From the human T2T-CHM13v2.0 reference genome, Homo sapiens: DNA of 64,000 nucleotides. A program made the position numbers and the translations under genes. The stretch lies in assembly GCF_009914755.1 (NCBI RefSeq), contig NC_060938.1. One strand, written 5' to 3'. The notes beneath the pieces were generated by a model, which searched no databases, was not told the DNA's origin, and saw only the letters and a program-made list of their open reading frames with translations. The number at the start of each line of letters is the position of its first letter. Positions within the stretch are counted from its first letter, which is position 1. Below, piece by piece: positions 40,173 through 58,050 of the stretch.

Positions 40173-40533
40173 ACCAGCCTGGGCAACATAACAAGACCCT
40201 GTCTCTACAGAAAAATAAAACAATTAGCCAGTGTGATAGCATGCACCTGTAGTCCTAGCTGCTCTGGAGGCTGAGGTGGGAGGATTGCTTAAACCCAGGA
40301 GTTTGAGGCTGCCACAAGCTATGATTGCACCAACTGCACTCTAGGCTAGGTGACAGAGCAAGACCCTTTCTTCTTCTTTGAAAAAAAGAAAGAAGGAAGG
40401 AAGGAGAGAGAGAAGAAGGAAAGGAAGAAAGGAAGGAATGAAGGAGAGGGAGAGAAGGAGGGAAGGAAGGAAGGACAAAGGAAGGAACAAAGGAGGGAGA
40501 GAAGGAGGGAAGGAAGGAAAGAAGGAAGGAAAA
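40173..40533 (+). mobile_element. 5'-truncated Alu with a ~150-bp (GGAA/GAAG)n purine-rich tail
   Basis: Alu 40173-~40370, then an almost purine-only tract 40381-40533. Confidence 0.9.
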
Positions 40534-41653
40534 CATAGATACAATGGAAGATCAATACAACAGAAAGGTGGCTCTTTGACTAGACTAATAAAATAGACAA
40601 ACCGTTGGCAAGACTGATCAAGAAAACCAGATAAAACACACTGATAAAGAATATCAGCATAACTACAGACAGAGATTTTGAAATCAACAACCTTATGCCA
40701 GTAAATTTGAAATCTTTGACAGTAGGTACAATTTTCTAGAAATATATAATACAAAACATCCAGAAAGAAAGAAAAAGAAGTAACTGACTAGACTTAGGTG
40801 CCTGGAAAATGGAATCAATAGTTAAAAACCTACCCTCAAAAACTATTCCAGCTTTAGAGGACAACTTCTACTAAACATTTAAGAACTGATCGATCTCTTC
40901 TTTATACAAACTAATAGAATAGAAAAAAAGGAACACTTCCCAACACATTTCATGAGGCCAGTAGAATTTTGATATCAACCAGAGAAGGACAATAGGGGAA
41001 AGGAAAATTATAGGTCAATATCCTTCATAGATGCAAAACTTCTGAATGAATAATAGCAAATCAATCATTAAAAATAGGGCCTCTTGACAGAGTTGGAAAT
41101 GTCTCAAAATATAAAAATGTTTAAATATTAGAACATCTATTAATATCACCATGTTATCAGATTGAAGAAGTAAAACTTCTATCATTATTCAGCAGGTGCA
41201 AGAAAATAATTTTTTGTAATTCAGTCATTTATCATAAGCTCTTATCAAACTAGGAATAGAAGGGAACTTTCTTAACTTCATATAGTGGGTCTACCAGAAA
41301 CATCTAGCCAGCATTATATTTAATGGTGAAATGCTAAGAGTCATCCCTTTAAAATCATAAATAAGATGAGAAAGTCTATCATCACTGTTTCTATTTATCA
41401 TGGTGCTGGAGGTCCCATTCAGTTCTGCAAGACAGGAAGAAGAAATCAAAGGTATAAGGATTAGAAAGGAAAAATACAACTCTCATTTTTCATAGGTGAT
41501 ACGATTACAAATGAACCAAAGGGAATCTATAGACAGCTTTTTAGAACCTACAAGAGAGCTCAGCAAGGATGCTGGATACAAATGAATACCCAGAAATCAC
41601 CAAATTTTAATATTCAACTACAGATGATTATAAAACATACTTTTAAAATGTCA

Positions 41654-42271
<618 letters not shown>

Positions 42272-42916
42272 GAATATGCAAGAACTTTATGGAGATAACT
42301 GGAACATTTTACTGGAGAGCATTACACAATGTTAAATAAACGGAAAGAGATTTTATGTTCATGGATGAAGACCCAGAGTAGTAAAAACAGGTAATTCTCA
42401 CAGAACAACCTATAGGTTTAGTATAATGACAATTAAAATCCTGGATTTTCTCTTCTGGTGGTGGTAAACAAGATAATTTGAACCTGTTTTCCCAGTTAAC
42501 TTAAAAAGTAAAAAGAAAAAAAGTGAACAAAACATTTTCTGAAAACTTCTTCAAAATGCTAACTATATAGAGAAGGGTTATGAGGCTCAGATCAGGAAGA
42601 GCCCAGATATTCAGAGGTGTTAGCCCAGCACTGATGGCCATTTTTACCCAGGGAGTGTTTGTCAATCTAGATGTGACTGAGAGGCTGCAGTTTTGGAAGC
42701 CCCATGAGGCTAGAGGAACAAAAGTCCGGATCCAGAACCTACCAAGAATGGAGACCCTGATGCCATGCCTCCTGACCCACACATTTTTGGCTTTACATTT
42801 TGGTGTAAAGACACCCCCATAGTAACTTTCCTTCATGTGGACACAGCTCAGTGTCAAGCCCTGTGGTAGCCCAATGTAAAATATTACAAGCCTTGTATGT
42901 GTATTAAGGTAACCCT

Positions 42917-43090
42917 GAGCCTGGGTAACATGGCAAAACCTCGTCTCTATAAAAAAATTTTAAAAAAATTAGCTGGGCATGGTAGCGCATGCCTGTAGTT
43001 CCAGCTACTCTGAAGGCTGAGGTGGAAGGATCACTTGAGCCCAGGCGGTCAAGGCTGCAGTGAGCTGTGATTGTGCCCCCGACACTAAAC
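42917..43090 (+). mobile_element. Partial Alu
   Basis: agcctgggtaacatggcaaaacc...cagtgagctgtgattgtgcc. Confidence 0.85.
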
Positions 43091-43373
43091 AAACAGAAAG
43101 CTCTTTGAAGGAAGGTAGCATTTCAGGCTGCAAACCATTTCTGCAAATATCTTCCTAACAAAGCATTCAGCACACAATCAAAGATAACCAGACATATGAG
43201 GGGGCAAGACACAATGAGTGAAAATGAATAGGAAGAAAAGACAGTGGAGACAACCCCACAGGGACTCTACTTATTTGATTATGAAAGGATTAAGATACAC
43301 AGGGCTTCTGAGACACTTGCAATGTGCTGTTGTTTGTCTGGGAGGTGATTACATGAGTGTTCGGTCCATCTTC

Positions 43374-44206
43374 TGAGGCTGGAAAAACTCAAACTCAAGC
43401 CATGTTTTTCCTCTGCTCTCACAGTTATCAAGACCAAAGACTTCTGTGATCAAATGTGTGGAGATTTCTTCCCACCAAAAAGCAAGCAATGGATTCTGCA
43501 GAATAGACTCATTTCTATTCTGACACTAATTACCTGGAGATAGCATCAGATCCCATGGGTTGAGGGCTCAGCCCCTAAGACTGTCCTCCATCTCCCACCT
43601 TCATTTGCCAATTGCAGGCTCTGGTTGTTTTACCCGTGCTTTTGTCTAATTGGTTATAAATTAGGGATCCTTCCTCTTTGGGCTCAATTAATTTGGTAGA
43701 GCAGCTCACAGAACTCAGGAAAGCACTTGCTTACATTTACCAGTTATAAAGGATATTAGAAAGGATATAGATGAAGAGATGTATAACGCAAGGCACATGG
43801 GAAGGGGCACAGAGCTTCCATGCCTTCTCTGGGCATGCCACCTTCCAGGAACCCTCCATGTGTTTAGCTATCCAGAAGCTCTCCAAACCCTTTTCTTTTG
43901 GGTTTTTATGGAGGTTTCATTATGTAGACATGGTCAATTAATCCATTGACCATTGGTGATCAATCCAGCCATCAACCCTTCTAAGCACTTCTCTAAAGGT
44001 TGAGGGGTGGGGCTGATAGCCCCAACTCTCTAATTGTGCCTTGGTCTTTCAGATGATCAGTCCTCTTCCTAATGCTACCTAGGCTGCCAGCCATCAGTCA
44101 ACTTATTAGCATACAAAAAGAATCAGTTTGGGAGAGTCTAAGGATTTTAGGAGTTGTATATCAGATACAGGATCAAAGACCAAATATATATTTTACAGTA
44201 TCATAC
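43374..44206. mobile_element. MER21-like LTR
   Basis: gacttctgtgatcaaatgtgtgg, gatagcatcagatccc, gggctcagccc, cattggtgatcaa motifs; TG...CA ends. By-eye call. Confidence 0.7.
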
Positions 44207-44689
44207 ATATGAATCCATTTAACTGTATGCTTATATTTTATGTACTTTTCTGCACATGTGTTATATTCAACAATAGAAAAGTCTTACAAAATTGAAACCA
44301 ATTCAACATTCCATCAACAGGGGGACTGATTGATTAATTTTGGTGTATTCATACAATAATATATTGTTAAGCTGTTGAGTTGAAAGAACCAGAGCTATAT
44401 GTATCAATAAGGATAATTTCAAAGATATATTGCAGTGAGTAATTACAAGTTGTGGAAAGATATGCACAATATAACATTACAGAAAGTTTAAAAATGCCAA
44501 ACAATATTATATATTATAATGGAGACAAACATATGTAGTTAAACTGTAAAAACATACATGAAATAATAAATACCAGATTCAGAATAGTGGCCACTTCAAA
44601 GAAGAGAGAAAGGAAGAAAGAAAAGAGAGCACTGTATAGGTAGCTTCAGCTGTTTCTGTGATATTTATTATTTAAAAAGGATGAGTCAA

Positions 44690-46105
<1,416 letters not shown>

Positions 46106-46619
46106 AAAAAGGATGAATCAAATAAAGCAAAATGATGTGATCTGACAAAGAGGGTGGTAGGTGCATACTGTATTCCATTCTCTCCATTTTTCTGGATGCT
46201 TGAAATAGTCCATTTCAGAAATAAGTTCCTTGGAGAGGTCACAGAATAAAGAGTTGTATATGTTTCTCTCTAAATCATTTTGTGTTGAAAAAATACTTTT
46301 CGACTGATTTAATTGCTGCAGTTCTTGGAACCTGTTTCCTGTGAATAAGAACCAAATACTGGGGCATCAGTGTTTAAGAGATAGCTTATCTTTTTCTTAT
46401 CCATTAAATTATTTGTCCTCAGTGCTCCTGTAAACTCATTACACACACAAAAATGCCTTTTTTTTGTTCTAATTTTATTTCTTGAGGACACTTCACTATG
46501 CATTTTTGAATACTGTTTTTTATTTCTGACCCGTGAATTTTTTGGAAGCTCTTTTGACATGGATATACTCTAATTGAATTTCTAAAATCACTTACCTCCT
46601 TCTGTTTTGTTTTCTTTAG

Positions 46620-46724
46620 GAACGAGATAAATTCTACTTGTCTCGTAGTGTTGTTCTAGAACTTCTGCAGGCCCTAAAGCTCAAATCTCCTTTACCAGAT
46701 ACAAACCTTCTTCTGCTTGTTCAG
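46620..46724 (+). CDS. UNC79: UNC79 coding exon (105 nt, phase 0-0): ERDKFYLSRSVVLELLQALKLKSPLPDTNLLLLVQ
   Basis: Acceptor tgttttgttttctttag|GAA, donor CAG|gtaagc; in frame. Confidence 0.95.
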
Positions 46725-49316
46725 GTAAGCTCATGCTTGATTTGTAAAACTTTTCATGAGATCCATGTATGTTTGGGAAAATTAAGGGAGGTGTAGAGTG
46801 TATGCATAGAACTAAATATCTTTGCTTAGAGATGATAAATAATATATCTTATATGGACCATGATCTAACTAATAGTATGCACCTGACGCTTCCACTGGCT
46901 AAAAAAGTCCAAGAAGGAGTATTGATTTTGTTCCTACTGTGGAATTAGTTCTGTGGGGGTTAAAAAGAAGAATAAAACAATAATTTTTGTCCCCAAGAAA
47001 TGCGTGATCCAGTAGGTTAGAGGGTCAGGTCAGTCACCAGAGCTGAGACAGGTCTACTGAGGCCAGAAGTGGGGGAACAGGCTGAGGTCTGACTGCAGAG
47101 TCAAATGAGTATGGGTGATCCCTGAATCTCTGTGAGCAGAAGTAAAGGAGAGGGTGGGTCAGGCCAGAGACAGTCAAATGGCAGGATGCACTGAGTGGTA
47201 CCCACAGTTGGGTGTAGGTACGCTTCAGCCCTCAGGGGACCACTGAAGCTGAGGACCACTATAAGGCAGGCTTTCGAGAACTGGCAACAATTATGCTTTT
47301 GGTTTTAGGGCTTCTGAGGGACTAAAGCCTTCTACCCTGCTGTCCTTAACTCAGCATCTTAGGCAGGCATGCAGGTTTCGATGACCTGAGACAGGCTATG
47401 ATAGTGCCATGAGAGAAAGAGGTAAAAAAACTCCTAGGGAGAAGTTGAGAGCAGGATGGATCCCACCCCTTATGATGTGAAATCAGAGACTTCATGAAGG
47501 AAGTAGCATTTGAGTTGGGTCACAAACGACTGGAGGGTACAGACAAATGTCTTTGCCTGGGATTAGGGTTCAGCATAGAGAGGTTGACTGGCTTCAAGCA
47601 TAGGGGAGGCTTAGGCAGGATGGTGGAGTACATTTAGGGATAATGGCATGAGGATAGGGTTGAGAAAAAGTAGAATGGCTGTGCCAGAGGAATCAGCAGG
47701 GGTTCAGGTAACCTGGCACCCTGCCTCTCACCCAAGGGTTGAGGCTAGATTTAGAGACTTGGCCATGAGCTACAGCTGGGATCAGGGTGTCATTCAATGG
47801 CCTTTGGGTAAAGTGCCCAGCCATTGCATCACAGCTGTGTCAGCACTCGCTGATGAGCATTAAGACCAGTCCCAGAGTCTGGGCCTACAAGCTGAGGGTT
47901 AAATGATTGAAGGAATATGGGAGCTTGGTATCAAGGAACTAGACAGATTTCCCTGAATTCTAAGTACTCATTTTGGAGACATGAGAGAGAAGGGAACACT
48001 AATGGAGGACCTATTATGTGTTAAGCATTTGATCCTTACAGCTTCGTGAAGCATTGGTTCTGTATTGCATGGGGGGGTTCAGTGGCTTGCCCAAGACCAC
48101 GGTGCTGGCCTAAGTGACAGGTAGTATCAAGCACCTGATTTCAGTGTGTTAGGGCTCAGAGCCCAGCTCCCTTTGGTATAACACACAGCCTTGACAGGCC
48201 CTTTCCATCCCTTACGTGGATTACTGTAACAGCTCTTAGCTTTGTGCACCTCTTTAATCTCTTTCCGCACCAACCCAATCTTCTGGCCTGTGGCTGCCTA
48301 GAGGAATTTTGCTGAAACTCCGCTTTTCTGATAGAGATCACTCTTGCATCAGAAACCTAGAGTGACCTTGTAAGGTCTGAACTATCCAGGTCTTCCATCA
48401 TCTGGCCACATCTGACTCTTCAGCAGTATTTCCCACCACAAATATTTACTGACCACCTATCTTGGGCTGGGTTCTGGGAATATAGAGATGTGACAGGCAT
48501 ATCCTGATAATGTGCCAATTACTCTCCTGAAAGTCTAGACAGTGTATAAAACACTGTGGAAGAGGAAGTGGCTAACTGAACCTAGGAGACGGAGGAAGGC
48601 TTATGAAGCATTATGAGGCCTGACATGGGCCAGGTGCTCTGCAGGGTGCTGGGGAAACAGAAGAATCAGCCATGACCCCTTCCTTCCAGGAGTTTACAAT
48701 TTAGCAATTGAAGTTGACATGTAAGTTAAAAAAAAAAATTCCCACATAGTGCAACGGGTACAGTAGTAGAGATGTGTACTGAGTAAGGAAGTGTTGTTTG
48801 TAGAAGAGTTCACATGCACCTTGAAGGATGCACAGAAGTTCAGGAGTTGACCCAGTAGAGAAGATGAGGAACAACTCTTGTCATTTACTGTTGAATATCC
48901 ACTGCCTGGTCTCCGTACTCCCTCTCTAGAGACTACAAATCATTAGGATCAGAACTGAGTTTTTCTCAAAGGCTTGAGATTTAATTAAAAAGTTGGTGTA
49001 CTTTCAATGAATGGTCTTGAGTTGTCTTTGAAGGGCTTTCTAGGACACATTGAACTCTCAGTGAGTCAGTGATTGCTGGAAAATGACAGCAATGGATGCA
49101 GGGCATGCTGTCATCAGAATGAAGTGGCTCTTATTATACCAAGTTACTGGACATCCCAGGAGGAAGACAAGCAAAGTCACAGCCAGAAAATATCTGTGCT
49201 CCTAAAGAGAAACCAACTTTGCATTTCTCTCTGTGGATTGCACTGGCCAGGCCCTTCTGCTCACATAGCAGCAGCAACACTGCCTTTGAGAACAAGCAGT
49301 GTTCACACAGACTTTT

Positions 49317-49628
<312 letters not shown>

Positions 49629-50532
49629 CAAAAAGATCTTTTTGAAGATTCATGGGATCTACACTGACTTGGAGGAGAGGGCAGGTGAACAGGGCTTAGG
49701 GAAATATCCCGGGAGGGATTTAAGGTTAGCAGCCTGACTGTGTCTGGAGGTCACTTGCTTCTGAGAGTGTTGCAGTTGGAGATGTGCCACCTGAAAACCA
49801 CCTAGACTTCAGGGCACTGAAGGTGCTTTCCTGCGGACAGTGAACAGCATTCCCTTAATTGCCCTTTGTCTTGAGCAGAGCAGATCTGTGTGGCTGATCT
49901 TCTTGGGGTCTAGCACTCCATACTGTAACTGCTGGAGACTGGTTTTCAATGCAATACATTAGTCAACTGTAATAAGCACTTGTCACAAGATGCCAAAAGA
50001 ACACTGACAGTTTAAATTACCCAGTGCTTAAGGAAACCACAAAAACAGTGATTATTGCATCACAGTTAGGTGAATAAATAACAAAAACAAATGAAGAAGA
50101 AAGACAGCAAAAAGATACTTCTGAATGTGTTTTATGGGTTTTCATCTACCATTTCATCTTTTTAAAACAAATGTGTGACTTGTCATTGAAATCATTAAGT
50201 TACAAAACATCAAGTTGTAAAATTATTCAGATTGAAGGGGTATTTTGGAGACATTTTCAGATCATGCCCAGGAAAAACAACTTTATGGAAATGTTTCAGT
50301 CTTCTCCAACAAAAAATGTTGAGCGTGGTTTGTTCCTGGGTTTCAGCACCAAGGGAAAAAAAAATTAAGCCATTTCAAAGTAACAAATCTTTGTTCTATA
50401 AACTCTTAAGCAATTTTTATTTCTAATCAGAGAAATAAAAGTGAGGCATACCTTAAAACAGAGTAGTTCCCTTTTCTGCCCTGTGGTCCTGCCTAAGTCA
50501 TGGAGAGAAGTCTTCCATGGGGCCACACATGG

Positions 50533-51216
<684 letters not shown>

Positions 51217-52447
51217 TAGTGCCTCTTTCTAGGGTTTCTCAGTTGCTTTTTTTCTTGCCCTTGACTGCCTGGGTCCTCCAGGTGTTCTCTGTAGAATAGT
51301 GGAAATGACAGCCTACTCTCTGGAAGCTTCTTTTAGGCCAAAGATCTAGGCTGGAGTCAGAGGAAACCTTTCCCCTTTACCTTTGGGCATTGTCACCTCC
51401 TGGCACTTGGACAACCAGGCTTACATCAGGGACAGATGATCTGCCAGGAGCAGACAGTGACTTTCTTTATGTATATCAGTGACCATCATCTGAAGGCCAC
51501 CCAGTGAGGATGGGTTTAGTTAACTGAAAATGCAATTTGGAAATGTAAAAAAGATCAGTAACCAGAAGGAAAAACTCCCTAGGTGATCCATCACGAATGA
51601 CACTGGTCCCCATGCTGAAAACAGAGTCTGTTGCTCCAGTGTTGCATTTCCCGTTCATTCTTTCACCCCATAGGGAACTGCTGATATTTCCTCTACTACT
51701 TTTCTAATTAATAACAGTAGATAGATGAGCTCACTAAGATGGAACCATTTCTATTCTTCTCATAGATAGACCATACCTTTGTGTTGCCAAATACTCTGGC
51801 AGTAAGAGAGGCCCCTAAAAGAACAAATAGAATGCTTGTCCAAGAAATGTGGGATCACCCAAGTTTTAAACATGTCAAGACAGTAACTGGTACCAATCTG
51901 TTTTTTAATTCCTAGAAGTTCTCCCTGGAGGCCTGGCATCATGGGGAATTCCCCAGCCGCCTCTATTGTGGTTGTCTAGCCATGACCACTGTTGTTTACG
52001 TATAAAGTTTTTTTACATATGAAGTTTACATATGTAAAGTTTATGTGTGAATTTACATGTGAAGCTGGGTGGCCTTAAATGTTCAGGTGGATTTTTTCTT
52101 TTTAATGAAAAAGAGGCGTGGAGATAGGAAAGAATTTGCTGAATAGAAAAATGTCATTTCAGAGTCCAAATTGTTGATCCCCAGGGCATAGTTCTCCTTT
52201 TGCATTTTGGACAGATGCACTAGCACATTATTTTAATTCAGATCTATTGACGTTTTTGCTTTTTGTTTCCAATATTTTCTTTTTTGCTGGTTTGCTGTGG
52301 ATATTTTATGTGTAATAGGTTATTATAATTGTTCTCAAGATAGATTAGAGTTTTCATAATAAGTGATAACTCCCACCATAAAGACTGTTTAAGTTCAAAT
52401 CAGAAAGAATTTCCTTAGCTCCTATTATGTGTCAAGAGTAGATATTC

Positions 52448-52810
<363 letters not shown>

Positions 52811-53851
52811 TCATATTGTTGAAGAAAGGTTTTCTTTTAAAGATGTGTTCGTTGTGGGCTGGAGGACAGAGAACTGGTGGAGGAACAGCTGTTGTTTTTA
52901 ATTCACAGAGTTATCATTGAATGGGGTTATTAATATTAGTTGAGTTCGTAACAATGTGATCACTCTGAGATTAGAGGTGAAGACATTATTTTGGGTATCA
53001 TTTTGATAATGAAGTTAGTAATGACATATAATAGATATCATGTTTCTTTTGTATTCATGGGGGAATGCATATTTCAGTGCCCGATTTCCCTCAAGGTACA
53101 GAACTCTTCCTTCGACAGCGATCATCATTTCCTTCCCTGATTCTTGTTATATATGATTATATTTTGAGCAGCTCTATAACATCATAATAGATTTTTTTTC
53201 AGTTTATGGTTGGCAGCCATAGAAAACAAAGACAGAAAGGTTTATTAAGGTTTTAGTTGTGCATCTGATGTAAAAATATGCTGGATGACAATGCATGGAT
53301 AAAAAAAAGATGATTTCTGAGGCTTATGCACTTTTATTTCCTTTAATATGCCGGATTCTCTGTGTACCTCCTTTACTTTTAGGGTGATTTTTGATTAATT
53401 CTGACTAGTAAGAGTTCTCATAAATCAGACAGTTGGATCCAACCTCAGATCTTGACGCTGTGTGATTGCTAACCATGCTGAAATGTGCTTACATTATGCT
53501 CTGCATTGCACTTTGCTGAGTATTATAGGTGAGAAAGTGATCTGCTGAAGGGAGATACAGACATTTAAAATTTTACTTCTTCACAAACCTTATCTTGACC
53601 TCAAGGGCCCATCCAGGCCATGCAAACATACTTAAGTGGGGTCTAGGACTTTAAACCATCCTTATAGAGACAGCTCTAAGTGAGCCCCTTACCTCGCATA
53701 GTAGATATGGCTCTGTCTCCCCTGTGGCCTCTCTTAGCTATGCAATATCATTTCTGATGTAAATAACTTAATTAAAATTAATGCTGTTGTCCTCACAGAG
53801 GTTTTAGAACTCAATTATAAGTTGTTTGTCTTAGACTGAAGACTTAGATAG

Positions 53852-54087
<236 letters not shown>

Positions 54088-55885
54088 AGATAGCTTTTTA
54101 AAATGAATTTTATGGGAAAACATGCAATCTCTACCAGGAGACTGGGTTGGGAGTGTTCCTTCTGTTCACTGTGTACGTCTATCAAATATTTCAGGTTTCA
54201 TTTTTTTACTTATAGGTTTTGGCTGGAGTTAAAGGCTTTACATTTTCTAAAACCTGATTTATTTACTTTTCCTTACATTAGAAATAAGCTTAAGTTAGGT
54301 GAGCAGACATAGCAAACCTGGATAAGATCATAGAAAACGCTAGGTGTTCCCAGGATGTTACCAGTTGTCCCCTTCTATGCCAGATTCAGAGTTAATGGCT
54401 AAATAGATTCTTCAGTTTTCTGTAACTGTATTTGAGGCAAATGGAAATGACAGAATGTTAATGTGGAGATCTGTGTCCACTCCTGTCACACAGCTCTTGG
54501 GGACAGCTCTGCTTGTGCCCTCTTGCCCCCATTCAGTTACATATACTTACGTGCTTTCCATGGAGGACGCCCCTCCCACACTTGAACACCAGCTCTTGGC
54601 CCTGAGCCGGAAGTCTAAGGGTTCCTTGGCCTCAGGAGGCCTTTGGCTTAGAGGTGTACCCAGTTAGCCAAAACCTGCTACCTGTTAATAATGCTTACAT
54701 TTAAACCCCTGACTAGCCCGATAATATGCTGGTTTCTGTTCCTTTGTTCCATGCCTCCTTATCAGGCCTCCTAGAGATTTACTCTGCGACCCTAGTTGTT
54801 ATTACTTCTCTCTAGTGTGACAGGGACCGAGCCTGCTGACCCATTCAGCTTCCCTGTGCCTTCCAGTATGAGAACAGAATGAATGAGAAGGCGGAGCGAC
54901 TGGTGCTGAAACTTCTGAACTCTGCACAGCAGCAGTTTCAGGTCCCAAAGTTGTTAAGGCTACTGGCCAGAGGGCAGGAAATATAAATTGAACAGGACCT
55001 AATTGCTCATAGCCAACTCTACTTCATGGTTAACTTTTTTTCCTAAGACTATTAATAAATAATTGAGTGCTGCATTAAGTGAGAAACACCTGTCAAAATC
55101 TGTAATGAAGCAAATTAAATTGAAATCTGGCAAATCCATTCTTGTAATGATCTCAAGTCATAACTGGCTAATGGATTTGCTTTGTAAACTCTCACTGAGC
55201 CCCTCTGAGGTGTCCGGCACCAAGCTAGTGCTGGGGATGAGGTGCATCAAGCCTGTGCTCTTGAAGAGCTCACAGCAGGTTGAGAAATGGACCCATAAGT
55301 CACTGCAGTCTGACGTGGTGACTGTTACAATGGAAGTGTGTGAAAAGTCCTCTGGGCCCCCAGAGAAGGAGTGGGGGTCTTTATCAGCACAAAGGATACA
55401 TGTGGATGAATAGGGGCAGGAAGATGAGATGCTGAAGTTCCCCTGTGGGGAAGAAACAGGTAGAATACTCACTCTGAGGTTGATTGTTTTTCTGGTTTCT
55501 TTCTAAATATATGATACGATAATAGAAATCATGAAACTGTATGAAATGTGCTTACAGTAACTGTCAAGAAGTACTAAACAATAAATAGAATGACTTCACA
55601 ATAAATCTGACAATGCTGACATCTTTTATTTTTTCTTTGATTGAATGCACCATTTCAGTGCCACTTAACAGTCTGGGTAAAGTAAGACTCTGTGTGTTAA
55701 TTTTAGTACTGTGATTCTGAGTTTCTGATAGGAATGAACCATCATGATTAGCAAACCTGATCTATCCAAGGCAGATCGTCATGAAAATAAACACTAATTA
55801 ATTTAAGCCAAGTTAATAAAATGATAAATTACTTATTAATGTCCAGATACCCTTAAAAATAATTATCCTTTCACTTTTTTATTAG

Positions 55886-55963
55886 TTTATTTGTGCAGAT
55901 GCTGGAACCAAACTAGCTGAGTCAACAATCCTGAGCAAGCAGATGATAGCCTCTGTACCTGGA
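55886..55963 (+). CDS. UNC79: UNC79 coding exon (78 nt, phase 0-0): FICADAGTKLAESTILSKQMIASVPG
   Basis: Acceptor cacttttttattag|TTT, donor GGA|gtaagt; in frame. Confidence 0.92.
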
Positions 55964-56004
55964 GTAAGTCCTGACCAAATTCATTGTCTACATACTTACA
56001 TTTC

Positions 56005-56245
56005 ATAGAATAGTAGTTAAGAATGTAGGCTTTAGACTTACATCAGGGTTTGAGGCCTGCCATTTACTAGCTATGTGACTTTTGGAACGTATTTTAACCT
56101 ATAATTCTTTGATTCATAACATCTGTCAAATGGGATATAACAGGGTTTAACATATAGTTTGAGGATTGAACGAGATAATGCATGCAAAGCATATTAGCAA
56201 GGAGCCAGACATAGTAAATGCTGTGAAAATGTTATCTATTAAAAA
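56005..56245 (+). mobile_element. MIR
   Basis: gtagttaagaatgtaggctttag...catttactagctatgtgact...gaggattgaacgagataatgcatg. Confidence 0.8.
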
Positions 56246-56429
56246 TATTAACAAACATTGCCTATTTTTTGATATTTTAGTTATTTTCTATATTTTTCTA
56301 TTGTAACTAATATGCAAAGAACATCTTTGTGCTTAAATCTTTGTCCATACTTCAGACCATTTCTTTATAATAGATTTCTGGGAATAGAATGACTAAACTA
56401 TGTTTTTTTTTTTAAGGGTTCTTGATAAT

Positions 56430-58050
56430 GTAATACAAGGTTCTATGAGACAAAAATCCCAATTCTCAACGACTTATGAAAGTTTATTGTTTGCTCATAT
56501 GAAGTTTAAATGGGTATCCTGATTAGTAGGGAAAGGGGGATTTCCACGTGCATACTCGGGGATCAGGTTTCTTCCATTATGTGCAGTCCGCTGCAATCAG
56601 CTTGATTGTGGTTGGGGAAAGGGAAGAGAATATGGCCCATGGGGTTTTCACAGGCCAAGTCTAAAAGTGTGTGGTTTTTTTCCTACTCACATTCCATTGG
56701 CTAGAACTCAGTCACATGACCACACCCAACTGCAAGGGATGATGGGAAATGTGGTCTAGTTGTGGGCCAAGGAAGAAGACAGACCTGGGGAGTGGCTAGC
56801 CAGTCTCTGCTGCATGCTCGCTGTTTCCTTTATCGTTTAATTCTTTAAAACTCAATATTTGCTACCTATGCCATAGCTAAAAAAATAATGTCCCTAATAA
56901 TAAAAGGGTTATTGAAATCAGTAATTAAAAGACGAACATTCCAACAACAACAGAAAAGCAACATATAGGTCCCTTTCTGATGACCAATAAGCCATTAAAA
57001 ATAAACCTTTTACTCTGATAGCAATCAATGAATTGTAAGTTAATATGAAGTATAAAAATATTTTAAAATATAAAAATTAAAATCGGCTAGCCAATCAGCA
57101 GACTTTTCTGTCTCAAAAAAAAAAAAAACACACACTTCATCAGGGCATGAAGGACATATAGGAAGCTGCATATCTTTAATGTATGTGACTTGATGAGTTT
57201 GGAAATGATTATACATTCATGAAACTACTACTGTGATCTATGCCATGAACATATCCATCATCTCCAACAGTTTCTTCCTGCCCTATTTGTTTTTTTGTTT
57301 GTTTGTCATTAGCAATGAGAGCACTTTACATAAGATCTACCTTCTTAAGAAATTTCTAAGTATGTAATGCAATATTTCTAACTCTAGGGACTCCGCTGCT
57401 CCGTAAATCTCTAGGACTTACTCACTTTGCATAATTGAAGCCTTGGACCTTTTGACTAATACCTCCCCATTTTTCCCTCCCCAGCAGATCCACCTCAATG
57501 ATTAGACTTATTGATGGTAAAATGAAACAAGCATTCTTGTAAGCCACTAGTGGTAGTAAAACCAACCTTGCTGGAGGGCAGTTTGACAATCTTCCTTTAG
57601 GAATATGTCTGAGAAAATAAATATGCACATGTTTTATATTAAGTATGTTTATTAAAGCATCATTTAAAATAGCAGAAATATGGAAACAAAGTAAATGTCT
57701 AACATCATCAGGGTATTGTTTAAATAAAATAAGTTGCATCCATAAGGTAAGACTATTATGTACCTACCAAATCAAAGTTTCAAATAATATTTAATTAATT
57801 GGAAAATGCTTATGATGTATTTAATTAAAAAGCAAGTTAGAAAAATGTTATCTCAATCTTATAAACATTATATGTATGTGTGTATGTTATATACATTAGA
57901 AAAATTAAAAAAACTTGGAAGGAAATATTAACAGTAGTTTTCCCAGAGGTGGAGGACAGGAAATTAGGATTATGGTGATTTCAATTTTAATTTTAATGAT
58001 CTGTATTTTCCAAATTTCCTATATTAAACATGTGTTGCTTTTATAATCTA
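56430..58050. mobile_element. MLT1-like LTR piece (~56430-56810) and L1M fragments
   Basis: cacattccattggctagaactcagtcacatg (MLT1); L1 3'UTR motifs at 57170-57490. Confidence 0.65.

Noticed and set aside
40255-40754. Several overlapping low-complexity ORFs
   Set aside because: They arise from the (GGAA)n tract, which lacks stop codons.
50342-50358. REST/RE1-like TTCAGCACCAAGGGAAA
   Set aside because: Only the left half-site matches; the right half (GGACAG) is degenerate and half-sites occur by chance.
52011-52064. Degenerate 13-mer repeat containing the palindrome TTTACATATGTAAA
   Set aside because: Short AT-rich slippage repeat with no functional indication.
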